Below, in pieces: positions 45,537 through 56,347 of a stretch of 64,000 nucleotides of DNA. The stretch is from a virus. Lineage: Duplodnaviria; Heunggongvirae; Uroviricota; Caudoviricetes. The stretch lies in IMG/VR virus record IMGVR_UViG_3300038360_000413, one strand, 5' to 3'. The notes below the pieces were generated by a model, which saw only the letters and a list, made by a program, of their open reading frames with translations, was not told the DNA's origin and did not search any database. The position numbers and the translations under genes are program-made. The stretch's first letter is position 1, and every line of letters starts with the position of its first letter.

Positions 45537-45774
45537 TTTTACTGGTATTTCCGATTACAAAGTACCGGATAAATACAAACCATTTGGACCATTCATGAAA
45601 GAATATTGGGACCATGCCATTCCGTTTTTTAGAAAAAATCCCCAAATGGATACTAGAGAACTGAACGAAACTTTTGAACAAATATTAGAAGAGTCTCACA
45701 CAGAGCAAATGAAAGCAGACTTTCGTAACCAAATGATACAAGAAAAAATAATATACGGAGAAAACGATGACTAG
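45514..45774 (+). CDS. hypothetical protein
   Basis: 86-aa ORF ending in TAG. Confidence 0.4.
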   Translation: MQNGKEDNFTGISDYKVPDKYKPFGPFMKEYWDHAIPFFRKNPQMDTRELNETFEQILEESHTEQMKADFRNQMIQEKIIYGENDD

Positions 45775-46405
45775 AATTAGACGTACAAAAGAACAGATGG
45801 AAGCTGGTATGTCAGTAGAGGATGTACGCAGTGGCATAACATTGGACGAATTTAATAAAAATAAAAATGACGAACCCGAATATTCAGTTGTCGCTATTAA
45901 GCCTAATCCAAACACAACTATAAGAACTCGACGCAATAAAGTAGAAATTGCGGCAGGAATGTCAGTTGCTGATTTAAAAAGCGGCATGACCTTAGATCAA
46001 TTTATTGCAAGAAAAAGTAAAAAACAAGAAACAGCAAAGAAGAATCAAAGCAAAGAACTAGCTACTATTGTTAAGCAAGAAACATCTGACGAAGTTAAAA
46101 TGAAACCCACTTGGTTAGGTGGAACTACTGTTACGGAAAAAACTAAAGTTGTAGTAGTTGTTAAAATGATAACTGACAAAGATGAAAAAGGACGAACAGC
46201 TCAACAAATTATTAACGAAGAGTTTGCACTTTGCAATTGGGATTATAAAGTAGTTGAATTTGCATCTAGAAAGAAAAAAGAACAGCCACGTTATTTAATG
46301 AATGATGGCTGGAGATTTATGTTTCTTAACGACCCGAAAGATAGAGATCCAGGCTCCAAGAAACCTGTTACACTACACTTTCAAAAAGCAATTTTGAGAA
46401 AGTAA
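45767..46405 (+). CDS. hypothetical protein with internal repeat (EQMEAGMSVEDVRSGITLDEF / EIAAGMSVADLKSGMTLDQF)
   Basis: 212-aa ORF. Confidence 0.45.
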   Translation: MTRIRRTKEQMEAGMSVEDVRSGITLDEFNKNKNDEPEYSVVAIKPNPNTTIRTRRNKVEIAAGMSVADLKSGMTLDQFIARKSKKQETAKKNQSKELATIVKQETSDEVKMKPTWLGGTTVTEKTKVVVVVKMITDKDEKGRTAQQIINEEFALCNWDYKVVEFASRKKKEQPRYLMNDGWRFMFLNDPKDRDPGSKKPVTLHFQKAILRK

Positions 46406-46410
46406 CTGAC

Positions 46411-46617
46411 ATGAATAAAAAGAAGCAAAAAGCACTCAATAATCTCAGAACACAAATGGGGTTTCCAAATTCCGACATTCTTGGCGGAAAAAAGAGATTA
46501 GAGAATCAAGTGCGCACAATGCTTGAACGCTCTTTTGAAAAAGAAAGCGAACCTTCTAAAGTTATTGATCAATTTATGGAAACCTTCAAAAAAGAAGTAA
46601 TTGACTTTTGGGCTTAA
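46411..46617 (+). CDS. hypothetical protein
   Basis: 68-aa ORF. Confidence 0.35.
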   Translation: MNKKKQKALNNLRTQMGFPNSDILGGKKRLENQVRTMLERSFEKESEPSKVIDQFMETFKKEVIDFWA

Positions 46618-47321
46618 CCCTCATAGGCTTTTAATATTTTTGCGATTAAACCATGTCGTACAATATCTTCTCTAGTAAATTCCAAAGTACCTATTTCATT
46701 TAAAGCACTAAGACGTTCTATAGCGTTGCGTAATCCGTTATCGTATCCTATATCTGATTGTCTAATATCCCCGGCTACAATCATTTTTGAATCCTGCCCT
46801 ATACGGGTTAGAAACGCTTTCATACTAGACTGGGAGGAGTTTTGTGCTTCGTCATATACAATGACAGCGTTATCCCAAGTAAGTCCTCTAAAAAAAGTTA
46901 ATGGAACTTGTTTAATTACACCTGAAGCTCTTAATGTTTCAGCACGATCGTTTCCAATTAACTTTTCTAAATTTTGAAAAAACGGAAGCATAAAAGGTCC
47001 AATTTTATCATCCAAGTTTCCTTTTAAAAATCCAACTCTTTCATCATCTACCGGAACAAGCGGACGACATAATACAATTTGCTCAATGTTGTTGTCTTTA
47101 CTTGATAACGCTTGTAAGGCATATCACATAGTAATAAACGTTTTGCCAGTTCCTGCGGGACCTGTGCAAAATGTTATGTCATGGGTATCGATTGTGTCAA
47201 ATAATAACTTTTGGTTATCAGTTTTGAACTCTAATGATAGTCCATGGTCAGAACCATTTTTGGGATAAAATAATCTTCTCACCTGTTCGAGGGCTTGTCG
47301 TTTGTTTTTACATTCTTGCAT
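46614..47321 (-). CDS. phoH: PhoH-like ATPase interrupted by a single in-frame TGA (47124-47126)
   Basis: N-terminal fragment ends GPAGTGKTFITM-TGA; the same frame continues YALQALSS...LDDKIGPFM into the C-terminal ORF (VIVYDEAQN, IVAGDIRQSD). Confidence 0.6.
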
Positions 47322-47332
47322 AGCTTCTCCAT

Positions 47333-47923
47333 TTAACGATTATTGGGTTTTTTATATGTATAAATGGGCACCTCTCTGTTACTTACAAGATTAGGTGACC
47401 TTGCTGGTCGTGGAACACTTGGAGTTGTGTTAATAGTTGGTGGTGGTGGTGGCGGCGGTTGTAAATGCGGCTGCAGTATTACCGACGGCTGTATCTGAAC
47501 ACTCGAATTAATTACATTGGGTTTTATTTTTATAGGTTTTTCGGGAGCAGGAGTAGGCTCTTTAGCTGTTTTTACTGTCTCTGCAAGAAACTTATGACAA
47601 TCTAAATATTTTTGGTAGGAGTCAACTAAGACTAATCCATAATATAATTCCGGATCATTTCCCTTGTATGGTCCAAGATGTTGAACTTCATCCCATCCGG
47701 AAAGAGCATCTATAGTTTTTATGATGCCAGTATTGTATCCTCAACTTTTGTTGGGATGATGGGTAATAATGTGGCATTTAGCGTCATTTGGTAGAAGAGT
47801 CATTTTGCCATCTAACACTTCAGCATTAATCTCATAACGACGCCAAACAATTTCGTATGTGTCAATTTTTTCAAATAATGGCATATAACATAATATACAG
47901 ATTCCTTCTGTCAATTCAAACAA
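47333..47923 (-). CDS. hypothetical protein with in-frame TGA (47741-47743)
   Basis: 60-aa ORF ...HHPNKS-TGA continues in frame for 136 more codons ([19 protein letters not shown]...PPPPPP...) to TAA at 47333. Confidence 0.45.
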
Positions 47924-47943
47924 CTTTAATAAGAAAGGTCAAT

Positions 47944-48819
47944 ATGCCAGATCCATATCAAGTACTGGGGCTCGACAGCACAGCTACTAAAGAAGAAGCA
48001 CAAAAAGCATTTAGAAATCTTGCTAAAAAATACCATCCTGACAAATCAGCCACTCTTAGTGAAGAAGCCCAACAGGAAGCAGAAGCTAAATTCAAAGAAA
48101 TTAACGAAGCCAACGAGCAAATTCAAAATCCTGAACCAAATCATGATATCCTTAATAACTCTTTTTGGAAACCACCGATTCAGCCTATACAGGAAGTACA
48201 TTTTGTAAATGTATCTCTTAAAGACGCTTATCATGAAAAAACCATAGCCTATCAGTATTATCAATACAACAAAGATCAGGTAAAAAGATGTGATACTTGT
48301 GGAGGAACTGGAACAATAGAAACACGAGAACAACATGGCCAAATGATAGCGATCAGCCAGAAACCTTGTAGCGGGTGTAATGGGAGAAAGATAAAAAAAA
48401 CAGGTACTCCTAAAAAAGTTGATTTAGAAATTCATTTGCAAAACAACTTACCAGCTCATTTAAACTTAGGACTAATTGGCAGCTACGATCCCAACTTTGA
48501 TAGACCGGCTCAGCTCATAATACAGTTTCAATATTCTCATGATGAAGAAAAATATCCTTATGAAATTCGTAATGGCAACATTATAACAAGTAAAGATATT
48601 AAGGTTAGTGAGTGGTTAGAGGGTGCTTCTCATACAGTAAGTATCTTTGATAAACAATTCGAAGTTAAATTAAAGGCTAGAAAGGACTTACAAAAACTTA
48701 GTAAGCTTCAGGGGCAAGGATTTGCAGGTAGAGATGTTTTAATACAATTTAAAATAATGGCTAATGACAAATTAGCATCTGATGCACTACTCAAAATGTT
48801 AAAAGAAGAAGGACTTTAA
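47944..48819 (+). CDS. DnaJ-like protein (J-domain plus Cys-rich zinc finger)
   Basis: DPYQVLGL...KKYHPDK J-domain with HPD; CDTCGGTG...CSGCNG. Confidence 0.6.
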   Translation: MPDPYQVLGLDSTATKEEAQKAFRNLAKKYHPDKSATLSEEAQQEAEAKFKEINEANEQIQNPEPNHDILNNSFWKPPIQPIQEVHFVNVSLKDAYHEKTIAYQYYQYNKDQVKRCDTCGGTGTIETREQHGQMIAISQKPCSGCNGRKIKKTGTPKKVDLEIHLQNNLPAHLNLGLIGSYDPNFDRPAQLIIQFQYSHDEEKYPYEIRNGNIITSKDIKVSEWLEGASHTVSIFDKQFEVKLKARKDLQKLSKLQGQGFAGRDVLIQFKIMANDKLASDALLKMLKEEGL

Positions 48820-48823
48820 AAGA

Positions 48824-48856
48824 GAAGAGGGCAAACCACCCTCTTCTTTTTTTTAT
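48824..48856. terminator. bidirectional rho-independent terminator
   Basis: GAAGAGGG-CAAACCA-CCCTCTTC hairpin flanked by A/T tracts between convergent genes. Confidence 0.6.
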
Positions 48857-48864
48857 ATTAAAAT

Positions 48865-51800
48865 TTAATAAAATTCACCCTTTTCATATTTAGTATTTCT
48901 TCCAAAGTTATCTCCATAGATATAAGCAGGTATCGGATCCTTACCTTTAAGGTTAGCATATAACCCTTTAGCTGCTCCAACAGTTAGCCCAGCTTTAACT
49001 CTGTTCGTACTGATTCTAGTTAACCAATCGTCAACATCTGTATTAAGAGTTTCTATAGATTTGAAGTAAGGAACATATTCAACTCTTTCTAATCCCTCTG
49101 CTTTACGTTTTTTATTAACAAATTTTATATTACTTACAGTCGTCTTATCACCACGTAGAAATCCGCTTTTTTCAGGAGCTTTAGTTACTTCCGCATTATC
49201 TGAAATTCCACGAATTACTGTTTCAAAAGTCTTTTTAAAGAAGTTGCCTCCATAAACCTTATGTGCTTCATCTACTAAATAACGTTGAGCAACTAAATGT
49301 CCTTTTAACTCTCCAAGTTCTTGTGGTTTGATAATGCCGTCACTTAGTACATCACCTTTGTCAATTTGATCATTTACTTTAATTAAAGGCAATCTACCAG
49401 AAGGAATTGTAAAGTCCTTATCATTCGCAGTACCATATCCCTCTATTCGTACATTATATCCGCCAGTCAGGTTCTTATCTATTTTCTTCACCTTTCCTCG
49501 TACAGTAGAAAGAGTAGCTTTTCCTGGTAATTTAACAGGAACTTTTAATAACTGCTCAAGACGAGGAAATCCAGCTTGAATTCCGCCTCCAGCAAGTGCT
49601 GATCCTCCGCTATGGAAGGATTGCATAACTAACTGTGTAGATCTTTCTGTAACGGATTGACTTTCTAAAACTCCAACATTGGTTCCCACAGAAGCAGGTT
49701 GTCCGTTTGGCATTAATCCATAACAGGATTGACATATACCTTCGACAGCCTCACAAGTCAAAGGACTGCGAACATATAATTGTACGCGATTTCTTTTTTT
49801 CGCTTTTCCAACAAGCGTAGAATCTACGATATCGTTTCGTTTACCAATTCCTGTTATTGTTTTTGCCAAATATCTATCTAGTACATCTGGAGAGTCTGTT
49901 TGTATATAAATTCCCTTTTTAGTATCACAATCTTCAACAGTAATTAGTAAACGACGAGTAACATTAAGAAGTGCCTTGTTGAGTGCTCCAGAATCCTGAG
50001 TATTTACAGCTCTATCTACAGTACCTTTACGCACAGCGTATAGCGTTGAATAATAAGAAGCTGTATCCAATCCTTCTCCATATGATTTTAATACAGGATA
50101 TGGAATTGGTTTGCCATGGACATCTGTCAGCACACCTGGCATAGAAATAATTTGTCGAACCGAATCCGGTTTACTAAACGATCCAGAACGTAACATAGTG
50201 AAAATATTGTTTTTTGATTTACTAAACTTCTTATTTTGAGCATCCTGAATTTTCAATGTCATTGCGTTTAGTTTCTTAATTCTATTTTCACCCTTAAATC
50301 TATTTATAGCAGGAAGTTCTTTTTCAATAATAGCATTTCTGTAAGAACGATCTACATCAAAATCTTTTATGGAAATAGTATTTGTATTTCTGTAAGCATA
50401 CATCGCGCCTAGATCCTTCCAAGATTCAATCACATCAGAGAAGTATTTATTATAACTCTTTGCAAGAGTTGTAAGTAATTTGCTAATAGTTTTTTTGTCC
50501 ATAGCACGATCATACTCTTTTAACTTGTCTGGAAGTTCGTGATTAATAAGATATTGACCGATAGTCATTTCTTTTCCATTTAAGAAAAACTGTTCAGTCC
50601 AGGAAATTTTAGCCTTCTTAGCAGCTTGAATGGTTTTATATTTTGCATCAGTTTTTTTAGTAATTAAACTTAACTGGTATAATCCATAAATATATTCTTG
50701 ACCCAATCCAGGCACTACAGAGTTATCTCCATGTTTAAATAAGATTTTACTAGGATACATATGACGAGCTTCAGCAATAGCTTCAGGGCCAACGGGTGTC
50801 ATAATCGACATTGTATCGCCATCATGATCTAAATTTAATCCTGCGTGAATTAACGAATTAACAGCAATAGCTTTTCCTTTTATTAAAACAGGTTTGAATG
50901 CTTGTATACTATGTTTATGTAAAGACGGAGCTCTATTTAATATAACAGGGCGTTTTCTAACAGCTTCTTTTAAAGCATTCCAAGCTAACGGTGATTCCTC
51001 TTCGTAGTTCTTTAAAGCTGCAACTGCTTTTAATCCAGATTGCTTTAATTCCTGTATAACAAAAGGTCTAAACATTTTATAAGCTAGCTTTCTTGGAATT
51101 CCAACTTCATCCAACCCTAAACTAGGTTCTACGGTTATAGTACTTCTAGCACTTACATCTTGTCGCTTAGACCATGTCTTGCCCTGTATTAGCCCAACTT
51201 TTGGCTTACCAATTTCTTTTAATATACCTTTATACTGCTCACCACCATAAGTAGTAGGCTCAATGAACCCCTGCATAGCTTTAACCGTGTTATATAGCGA
51301 GTATTCTGCTAAATCAACATCTTCCTTCGTTAAGTCCTTTTTAGCTCTTAACAAGCTTGTATTGATAATTCCAATATCTCTATAATGTTTATTAATATCA
51401 CTTACAGCTAAATCACCAGAAGGTAATGGCACTGTAGGTCGATATACTGGAGGAAGTACTGGAACATATTTCATTGTATAAGCTTCTTCTGGTCTTAGTT
51501 TAAGATCCTTTAAAGCTCTTAAATATTTTGCCAAAGTGTTTAACTTGTTTACATTGGTAGGAGGTGCGCTTACTAATTCATCAGTTACTGACAATAATTT
51601 AGAGTCTACTTTAATTGCACTTAATGCTGCAATAATTGCTTCCATTCCAGTTAGTTCATTTAGCTTTTCTTTACCTTCAAGAATATCTTCAAAACGTTGT
51701 TGTGTTAAACCAAGTATTTTCATGATCGCATCAGCATACATAGGATTAGAAATTCTAGAAGCCAGCTCAATGTGTGACCAATGTGTTCCTCTTACACCGC

Positions 51801-53526
51801 CAGTTATTTCACGATCGTATAGTCCGCCTTTTCGTGCAGTTAAATTCTTACCAATTAACAAAGCACCAGGATCAAGTAGCTTACCGTTTGATTTCTTTAA
51901 AACATCCTCATCAGTAAGTGGAGAGATGCGAAGTTGATTTCCTTTCTTAGTTATGTTTACACCAAGTCCTTCAATGTAATTTAACATTTTATCAAAAACA
52001 AAATTTCTTGCCGGCTTTGGAGGAACTAATCCAAATTGAATACTTCTCCAGTATTCCTCATTAGCTCTACCTTTTATTTCTCCAATTTCTTGTAAGTTCT
52101 TTTTTGCCCCATGAGCTAAGTATCCATATGTTTCCATCGTACCAACAGTTTGAGCACCTTTGCCGACCGGCTGCTCGTCAATATCGTAAGTACCTAAGTT
52201 TCTTACACCTTGTTTTTTCTTAACTATGTGACGCAATTTCATGAAGTACTGCTTACCAACAAAAATTGGCTTAGCGAAAGCTTTGCCGGATTTACCGTCT
52301 GTTAATATTTCGTCTGGCTCAATTCCATGCTTTTTTAAATCATTTATTACAGTCTGAGTCACATCCTCATCTGGATCTCTAAAGTTATCTACAATATAAG
52401 GCTTTCCAGTTTTAGCAGCTATTTTGCCAGCCGCTGTTTCTAAAATTTGCCCAATATTCATTCGAGAAGGTACACCGTGTGCGTTTAGCATTATGTCAAT
52501 AGGAGTACCATCCTCTCTATGTGGAGCTTCAGAATCGCCAATAATTTTAGTTACAATATATTTATTTCCATATCGTCCGGAATTTCCAGTCCAACTTGTT
52601 TTACCATTACGTCTTATATACACAACACCATTTTCTGTAGTAGGACAACCAACTTTTCCTGAATATTGTATAATTTCTTCAATTTGACCGTTTTGTTGGT
52701 GTACATGGCCATGGTTTACTTGGGGATAGTTTTTAGTACGAATTTGTCTTACATTCCATATATCATAATTTACTGCATTTCCCATCATGGTATCGCCCGC
52801 ATTAGCAACTTTTTGATAGGTAGCACTTTCTCCGACCTTTAAAAATAACTCCATAAGATCATCACGCATCTTAACACTACTAGTAGTAATAACAGCTTGA
52901 TTAGTTTTGTTAATATGACCGTCCCCTTTGATATAAGCATCTAAAAAATATTGTATTATTCTTGGGGAAGCATTTTTTATATTCTGAGGAACAAATTTTT
53001 CATGAGCATGACCAAAAGGTTTTAAATATAAATGAATAGCTTTACCATTAAAACGTATTCTATCTTTACAATAAATAGGAGTGAACCCACAATCTCTTAC
53101 CAAGACTGCAATCTCATCATAATATTCTTTATGTATAATGGGACTTTGGCAAATATCAGTTACATATCCGTTTGAAGTTTTGCAACTAGAACCTTCAGAT
53201 AAGTACCACCCCATTAGAGAGGCATATTCGAAAGTATCCATTTGTTTATCAAATTCTTTTGGAACTACTTTTTTCTTACTTTTCCAAGTTCCATTTTTAA
53301 CATAACGTACTCTTTTTCCTTTAATTTGATCAGGTTTTAAAAATTCATATTTTTTACTATAACGTTTTTTTACATACATTTTATGATCAAGAGTTACAAG
53401 TTGATCAATTAAAGTATTTGCAATGTGATACATAGGTCCTTCATGTTCATATAAATTAATAATAGAAGGTTCTTGATATTCAATTTTATGTGTTTTAGGA
53501 TTTAACGTACAAAATTCATCTTTCAT
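48865..53526 (-). CDS. rpoC: RNA polymerase: intein C-part, beta-subunit C-terminal region, fused to full beta' subunit
   Basis: Beta' catalytic motif NLDHDGD, trigger-loop and clamp regions; N-terminal 315 aa are intein sequence followed by SGRYGNKYIV...VPSRMNIGQILE (RpoB C-terminal region). Confidence 0.8.
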   Translation of the reverse strand: MKDEFCTLNPKTHKIEYQEPSIINLYEHEGPMYHIANTLIDQLVTLDHKMYVKKRYSKKYEFLKPDQIKGKRVRYVKNGTWKSKKKVVPKEFDKQMDTFEYASLMGWYLSEGSSCKTSNGYVTDICQSPIIHKEYYDEIAVLVRDCGFTPIYCKDRIRFNGKAIHLYLKPFGHAHEKFVPQNIKNASPRIIQYFLDAYIKGDGHINKTNQAVITTSSVKMRDDLMELFLKVGESATYQKVANAGDTMMGNAVNYDIWNVRQIRTKNYPQVNHGHVHQQNGQIEEIIQYSGKVGCPTTENGVVYIRRNGKTSWTGNSGRYGNKYIVTKIIGDSEAPHREDGTPIDIMLNAHGVPSRMNIGQILETAAGKIAAKTGKPYIVDNFRDPDEDVTQTVINDLKKHGIEPDEILTDGKSGKAFAKPIFVGKQYFMKLRHIVKKKQGVRNLGTYDIDEQPVGKGAQTVGTMETYGYLAHGAKKNLQEIGEIKGRANEEYWRSIQFGLVPPKPARNFVFDKMLNYIEGLGVNITKKGNQLRISPLTDEDVLKKSNGKLLDPGALLIGKNLTARKGGLYDREITGGVRGTHWSHIELASRISNPMYADAIMKILGLTQQRFEDILEGKEKLNELTGMEAIIAALSAIKVDSKLLSVTDELVSAPPTNVNKLNTLAKYLRALKDLKLRPEEAYTMKYVPVLPPVYRPTVPLPSGDLAVSDINKHYRDIGIINTSLLRAKKDLTKEDVDLAEYSLYNTVKAMQGFIEPTTYGGEQYKGILKEIGKPKVGLIQGKTWSKRQDVSARSTITVEPSLGLDEVGIPRKLAYKMFRPFVIQELKQSGLKAVAALKNYEEESPLAWNALKEAVRKRPVILNRAPSLHKHSIQAFKPVLIKGKAIAVNSLIHAGLNLDHDGDTMSIMTPVGPEAIAEARHMYPSKILFKHGDNSVVPGLGQEYIYGLYQLSLITKKTDAKYKTIQAAKKAKISWTEQFFLNGKEMTIGQYLINHELPDKLKEYDRAMDKKTISKLLTTLAKSYNKYFSDVIESWKDLGAMYAYRNTNTISIKDFDVDRSYRNAIIEKELPAINRFKGENRIKKLNAMTLKIQDAQNKKFSKSKNNIFTMLRSGSFSKPDSVRQIISMPGVLTDVHGKPIPYPVLKSYGEGLDTASYYSTLYAVRKGTVDRAVNTQDSGALNKALLNVTRRLLITVEDCDTKKGIYIQTDSPDVLDRYLAKTITGIGKRNDIVDSTLVGKAKKRNRVQLYVRSPLTCEAVEGICQSCYGLMPNGQPASVGTNVGVLESQSVTERSTQLVMQSFHSGGSALAGGGIQAGFPRLEQLLKVPVKLPGKATLSTVRGKVKKIDKNLTGGYNVRIEGYGTANDKDFTIPSGRLPLIKVNDQIDKGDVLSDGIIKPQELGELKGHLVAQRYLVDEAHKVYGGNFFKKTFETVIRGISDNAEVTKAPEKSGFLRGDKTTVSNIKFVNKKRKAEGLERVEYVPYFKSIETLNTDVDDWLTRISTNRVKAGLTVGAAKGLYANLKGKDPIPAYIYGDNFGRNTKYEKGEFY

Positions 53527-53589
53527 ACTTATTTCTTCTAAAAACTTTCAACCATCGTATGTTAAAAATTCAGTATCTGCACTAACACA
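52582..53589 (-). mobile_element. intein with LAGLIDADG homing endonuclease inserted in rpoB (contains in-frame TGA at 53548-53550)
   Basis: N-terminus CVSADTEF directly after extein GDKL; LAGLIDADG blocks LMGWYLSEGS and FLDAYIKGDGHI; C-terminus ...WTGN followed by +1 Ser. Host site corresponds to E. coli RpoB GDKMAGRHGNKG. Confidence 0.6.
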
Positions 53590-55929
53590 AAGTTTATCAC
53601 CCTCCTTGAAAGGGTGTTTTGATTTTATATAAATATCAATATTTCTACCGTTTATAGCCACATCAGTTACCACGCCTACATCATCCTCATCCCACTCAAT
53701 GACTCTTTTTTTATATTGATTATAAATAAATTTGTTTAATCTTTTTAAAGCACGTTCATTATCATCCAAATCTTTGGTTTCTAAAAGTGCAATAATAGTG
53801 TCACCAGGGTTCACAGTTTGCCCTACTTTAATAACTCCATTTTCTCCTAACTTTTTTTGATTGTCAGGAGTTAAAGTGCCAGGATACCAAGCAACAAATT
53901 TCTTTAAATCAAAAATCGTAAGCTTAGGAGAAAAGAAATGATTTATTTTATGTAGCATACTGTGACTTAATTTTTTAGCAGCGCTTTCAGTTATAACAGT
54001 TCCATCCTCAAAGTTATAACCCTTGTATGCCATATATGCTGTTGTTAAATTTTTACCCAAGGATAAAACACGTCCAGATGAATAATTATTTTCAGCTAAA
54101 GGAGTATCAGACTTAACCTCATCTCCCACTTTGACCGCTGGAGTAGAGTTTAAATATCCATCTTGATTAAGTGGAAAGTTATTATATAATCCTCTCTTTA
54201 TTTCTTCTCCATTTACATCAATATGAACATAATTTTTAGTAATTTTAGTAACAGTTCCTTTTTGCTTTTTACCAGCTTTGTTTGTGCCCAGCACGGGATT
54301 TAAATAGTTACCTAAGAGACTTTCATAAGTTGAAGAGTCATCTCTGCGTACTTGTACTAAAGGCGCCTCTTTCTCGTCGAGGGCCATGGCTTGTGTAACC
54401 ATTCGTGCAGCGGTAGCAGCACGGTTGCCCTGTACATTTTGTATGAAAGGTACTAAATTAGTAGCAAAAGAAAACATAGCCTTAGGAGAACGCATCCAGT
54501 AAGTTACTCGATCTGGAGTAATTTGCTCAAGCTTTCCTTTATACATAACTTTAACCGCTTGTTTTCTAGCTTTTGGTTTTGCCTTTACCAGTTCAAATTG
54601 ATCAGGATAGGCAACATAATTATTATAATATGTCAATGGATTAATATGAATTAGTTTACCTTCATTAGTATAGACAGGAGTTTTAAGATCAGTACCGTGT
54701 TTCTCAACTTCTGACGGCAATCCAATCGTTAATCCAACTTTTCCTGACTCCGGCGTCGATAAAACATCCAAGAATCCTAAGTGAGTTGGTTGTACTGAGC
54801 GCGCATCCATAGTCACAGCATGTCGACTTTTAATACCGCCCGTACCCATTGGAGTGGTTTTACGACGCTCACTTACAATTGTGACAGGGTTGGTTTGAGG
54901 AGGAGTAGAGGTCATATCTCCTGTAGTAAAGAACTCTTTAATCGCTTTGGTAAAAATACCAGCACTAATAATCTCCCTCACGTTGTCCTTTAATCGCATA
55001 CTACGTGCAACTTTCTTTTTTAAAGGCTCCTGACGAGTTTTAAAGTGCTCAACTAATAAATCATCGACACCTAATATTTTTTTAAAGATTAAACTATCTC
55101 TTTCGTCCGGCTTATCTTCGCTGCGCTGAATTTTTAATAACTTTAAAGATGCTGCTAACAATGTAGCCGCGTTAACCTTTTCATAAGATTTGCCTAAAGT
55201 TATTTTTGTTGTTTCAGGATCTACTTCTGTGTATTCATTAAAATACTTTTGTAAGCCTACAATAACTTCTCTAAAATCTTTAGGCTTGTTTTTAAATAGT
55301 TTTGTATAGATAGAGGTCATCTCTGATGCCTCAGTGTTTAAAGCGCCTGCAATGTTTTTGGCCAACAATTCCTCTCCCCAAGCCTTGGAAATGGAGTCTC
55401 GTGAAGCTCCCAATAGATTGAGTAAAGTCCATAAACGATATTTTCGATTAGATAAGATTAAGAAAAACTTTTCACTATGCGGATCTAATTGCATTTTAAA
55501 ATTAAAGCCTTGTGATAAATTAAATTCGCTTTCTAACTCTCCGTTTTGTTTTACTCTGGAATAAATGCCGGATTTACGACGTAGCTGGTTTACAGTAATA
55601 TATTCATTGCCGTCTATAATAGTGGTAAATCTGTTTGTAAGCTTTGGAACTGATCCAATTTTTGCTTTTGTTTTTTTACTAATAGTTTTTCCAGTTTTAA
55701 TATCAATTAAAGAAATATCAGCGTACATAGGCATCTGCCAGCTCTTTCTATTTAGTTTGGTTTTCTTTTGTAGCGGAAAATCGGCGGTAGGTAAAGTATC
55801 GTCTATCAATACATTAGAAATTTCTAAACGACGACCATTGGCTTCTATTGGAAAGTCGGTTTCTATTGCTTTTTTGATGGCTCTTTTTATTTGAGTATTT
55901 TGAGTATCATGTCTTAATGAATTGTCCAT
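53548..55929 (-). CDS. rpoB: RNA polymerase beta subunit, N-terminal about 780 aa, ending 13 aa into the intein at a TGA
   Basis: RpoB-like sequence through ...HPFKEGDKL then CVSADTEFLTYDG-TGA; same frame as the downstream ORF. Confidence 0.75.
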   Translation of the reverse strand: MDNSLRHDTQNTQIKRAIKKAIETDFPIEANGRRLEISNVLIDDTLPTADFPLQKKTKLNRKSWQMPMYADISLIDIKTGKTISKKTKAKIGSVPKLTNRFTTIIDGNEYITVNQLRRKSGIYSRVKQNGELESEFNLSQGFNFKMQLDPHSEKFFLILSNRKYRLWTLLNLLGASRDSISKAWGEELLAKNIAGALNTEASEMTSIYTKLFKNKPKDFREVIVGLQKYFNEYTEVDPETTKITLGKSYEKVNAATLLAASLKLLKIQRSEDKPDERDSLIFKKILGVDDLLVEHFKTRQEPLKKKVARSMRLKDNVREIISAGIFTKAIKEFFTTGDMTSTPPQTNPVTIVSERRKTTPMGTGGIKSRHAVTMDARSVQPTHLGFLDVLSTPESGKVGLTIGLPSEVEKHGTDLKTPVYTNEGKLIHINPLTYYNNYVAYPDQFELVKAKPKARKQAVKVMYKGKLEQITPDRVTYWMRSPKAMFSFATNLVPFIQNVQGNRAATAARMVTQAMALDEKEAPLVQVRRDDSSTYESLLGNYLNPVLGTNKAGKKQKGTVTKITKNYVHIDVNGEEIKRGLYNNFPLNQDGYLNSTPAVKVGDEVKSDTPLAENNYSSGRVLSLGKNLTTAYMAYKGYNFEDGTVITESAAKKLSHSMLHKINHFFSPKLTIFDLKKFVAWYPGTLTPDNQKKLGENGVIKVGQTVNPGDTIIALLETKDLDDNERALKRLNKFIYNQYKKRVIEWDEDDVGVVTDVAINGRNIDIYIKSKHPFKEGDKLCVSADTEFLTYDG

Positions 55930-55974
55930 TAGTTTACCTTATTAAAATTTCTTAATTTCTTAATTCTTAATTTC

Positions 55975-55987
55975 TTGGTATAAGAAT
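55975..55987 (+). promoter_or_regulatory. promoter-like motif TTGGTATAAGAAT preceded by TTCTTAATT x3 repeats
   Basis: Second of three copies of the motif. Confidence 0.4.
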
Positions 55988-56347
55988 AATGTTGAAGGGC
56001 ACTTGTATTTTTTAACCCTGACTTTAATATACTAAGTTTTGGGTTTTCAGTCAACGAAAAACAAGGGGGTAAAAGATGTGATTTTAAAAAGACAAATTAC
56101 ACCAGAAATTGAAGAAGACGAAGAAGGCGTTAACGAGGAGATTTACGTACATCCTAAAGAACGCTAACAATCGAAAAAATTATTATGTGAAAAGGTGTGC
56201 TATACAGGTACACCTTTTCTTTACCTTAATCAGAGAATGAGATGAAAGACTCACAAATAAGACAACATGTAACTAATTTAGTAGATGCAGTTAAAGATCT
56301 ATTTTTAGATATATTTTACCCTGGAAACCAAGAGGAAAAAGAAGAAA

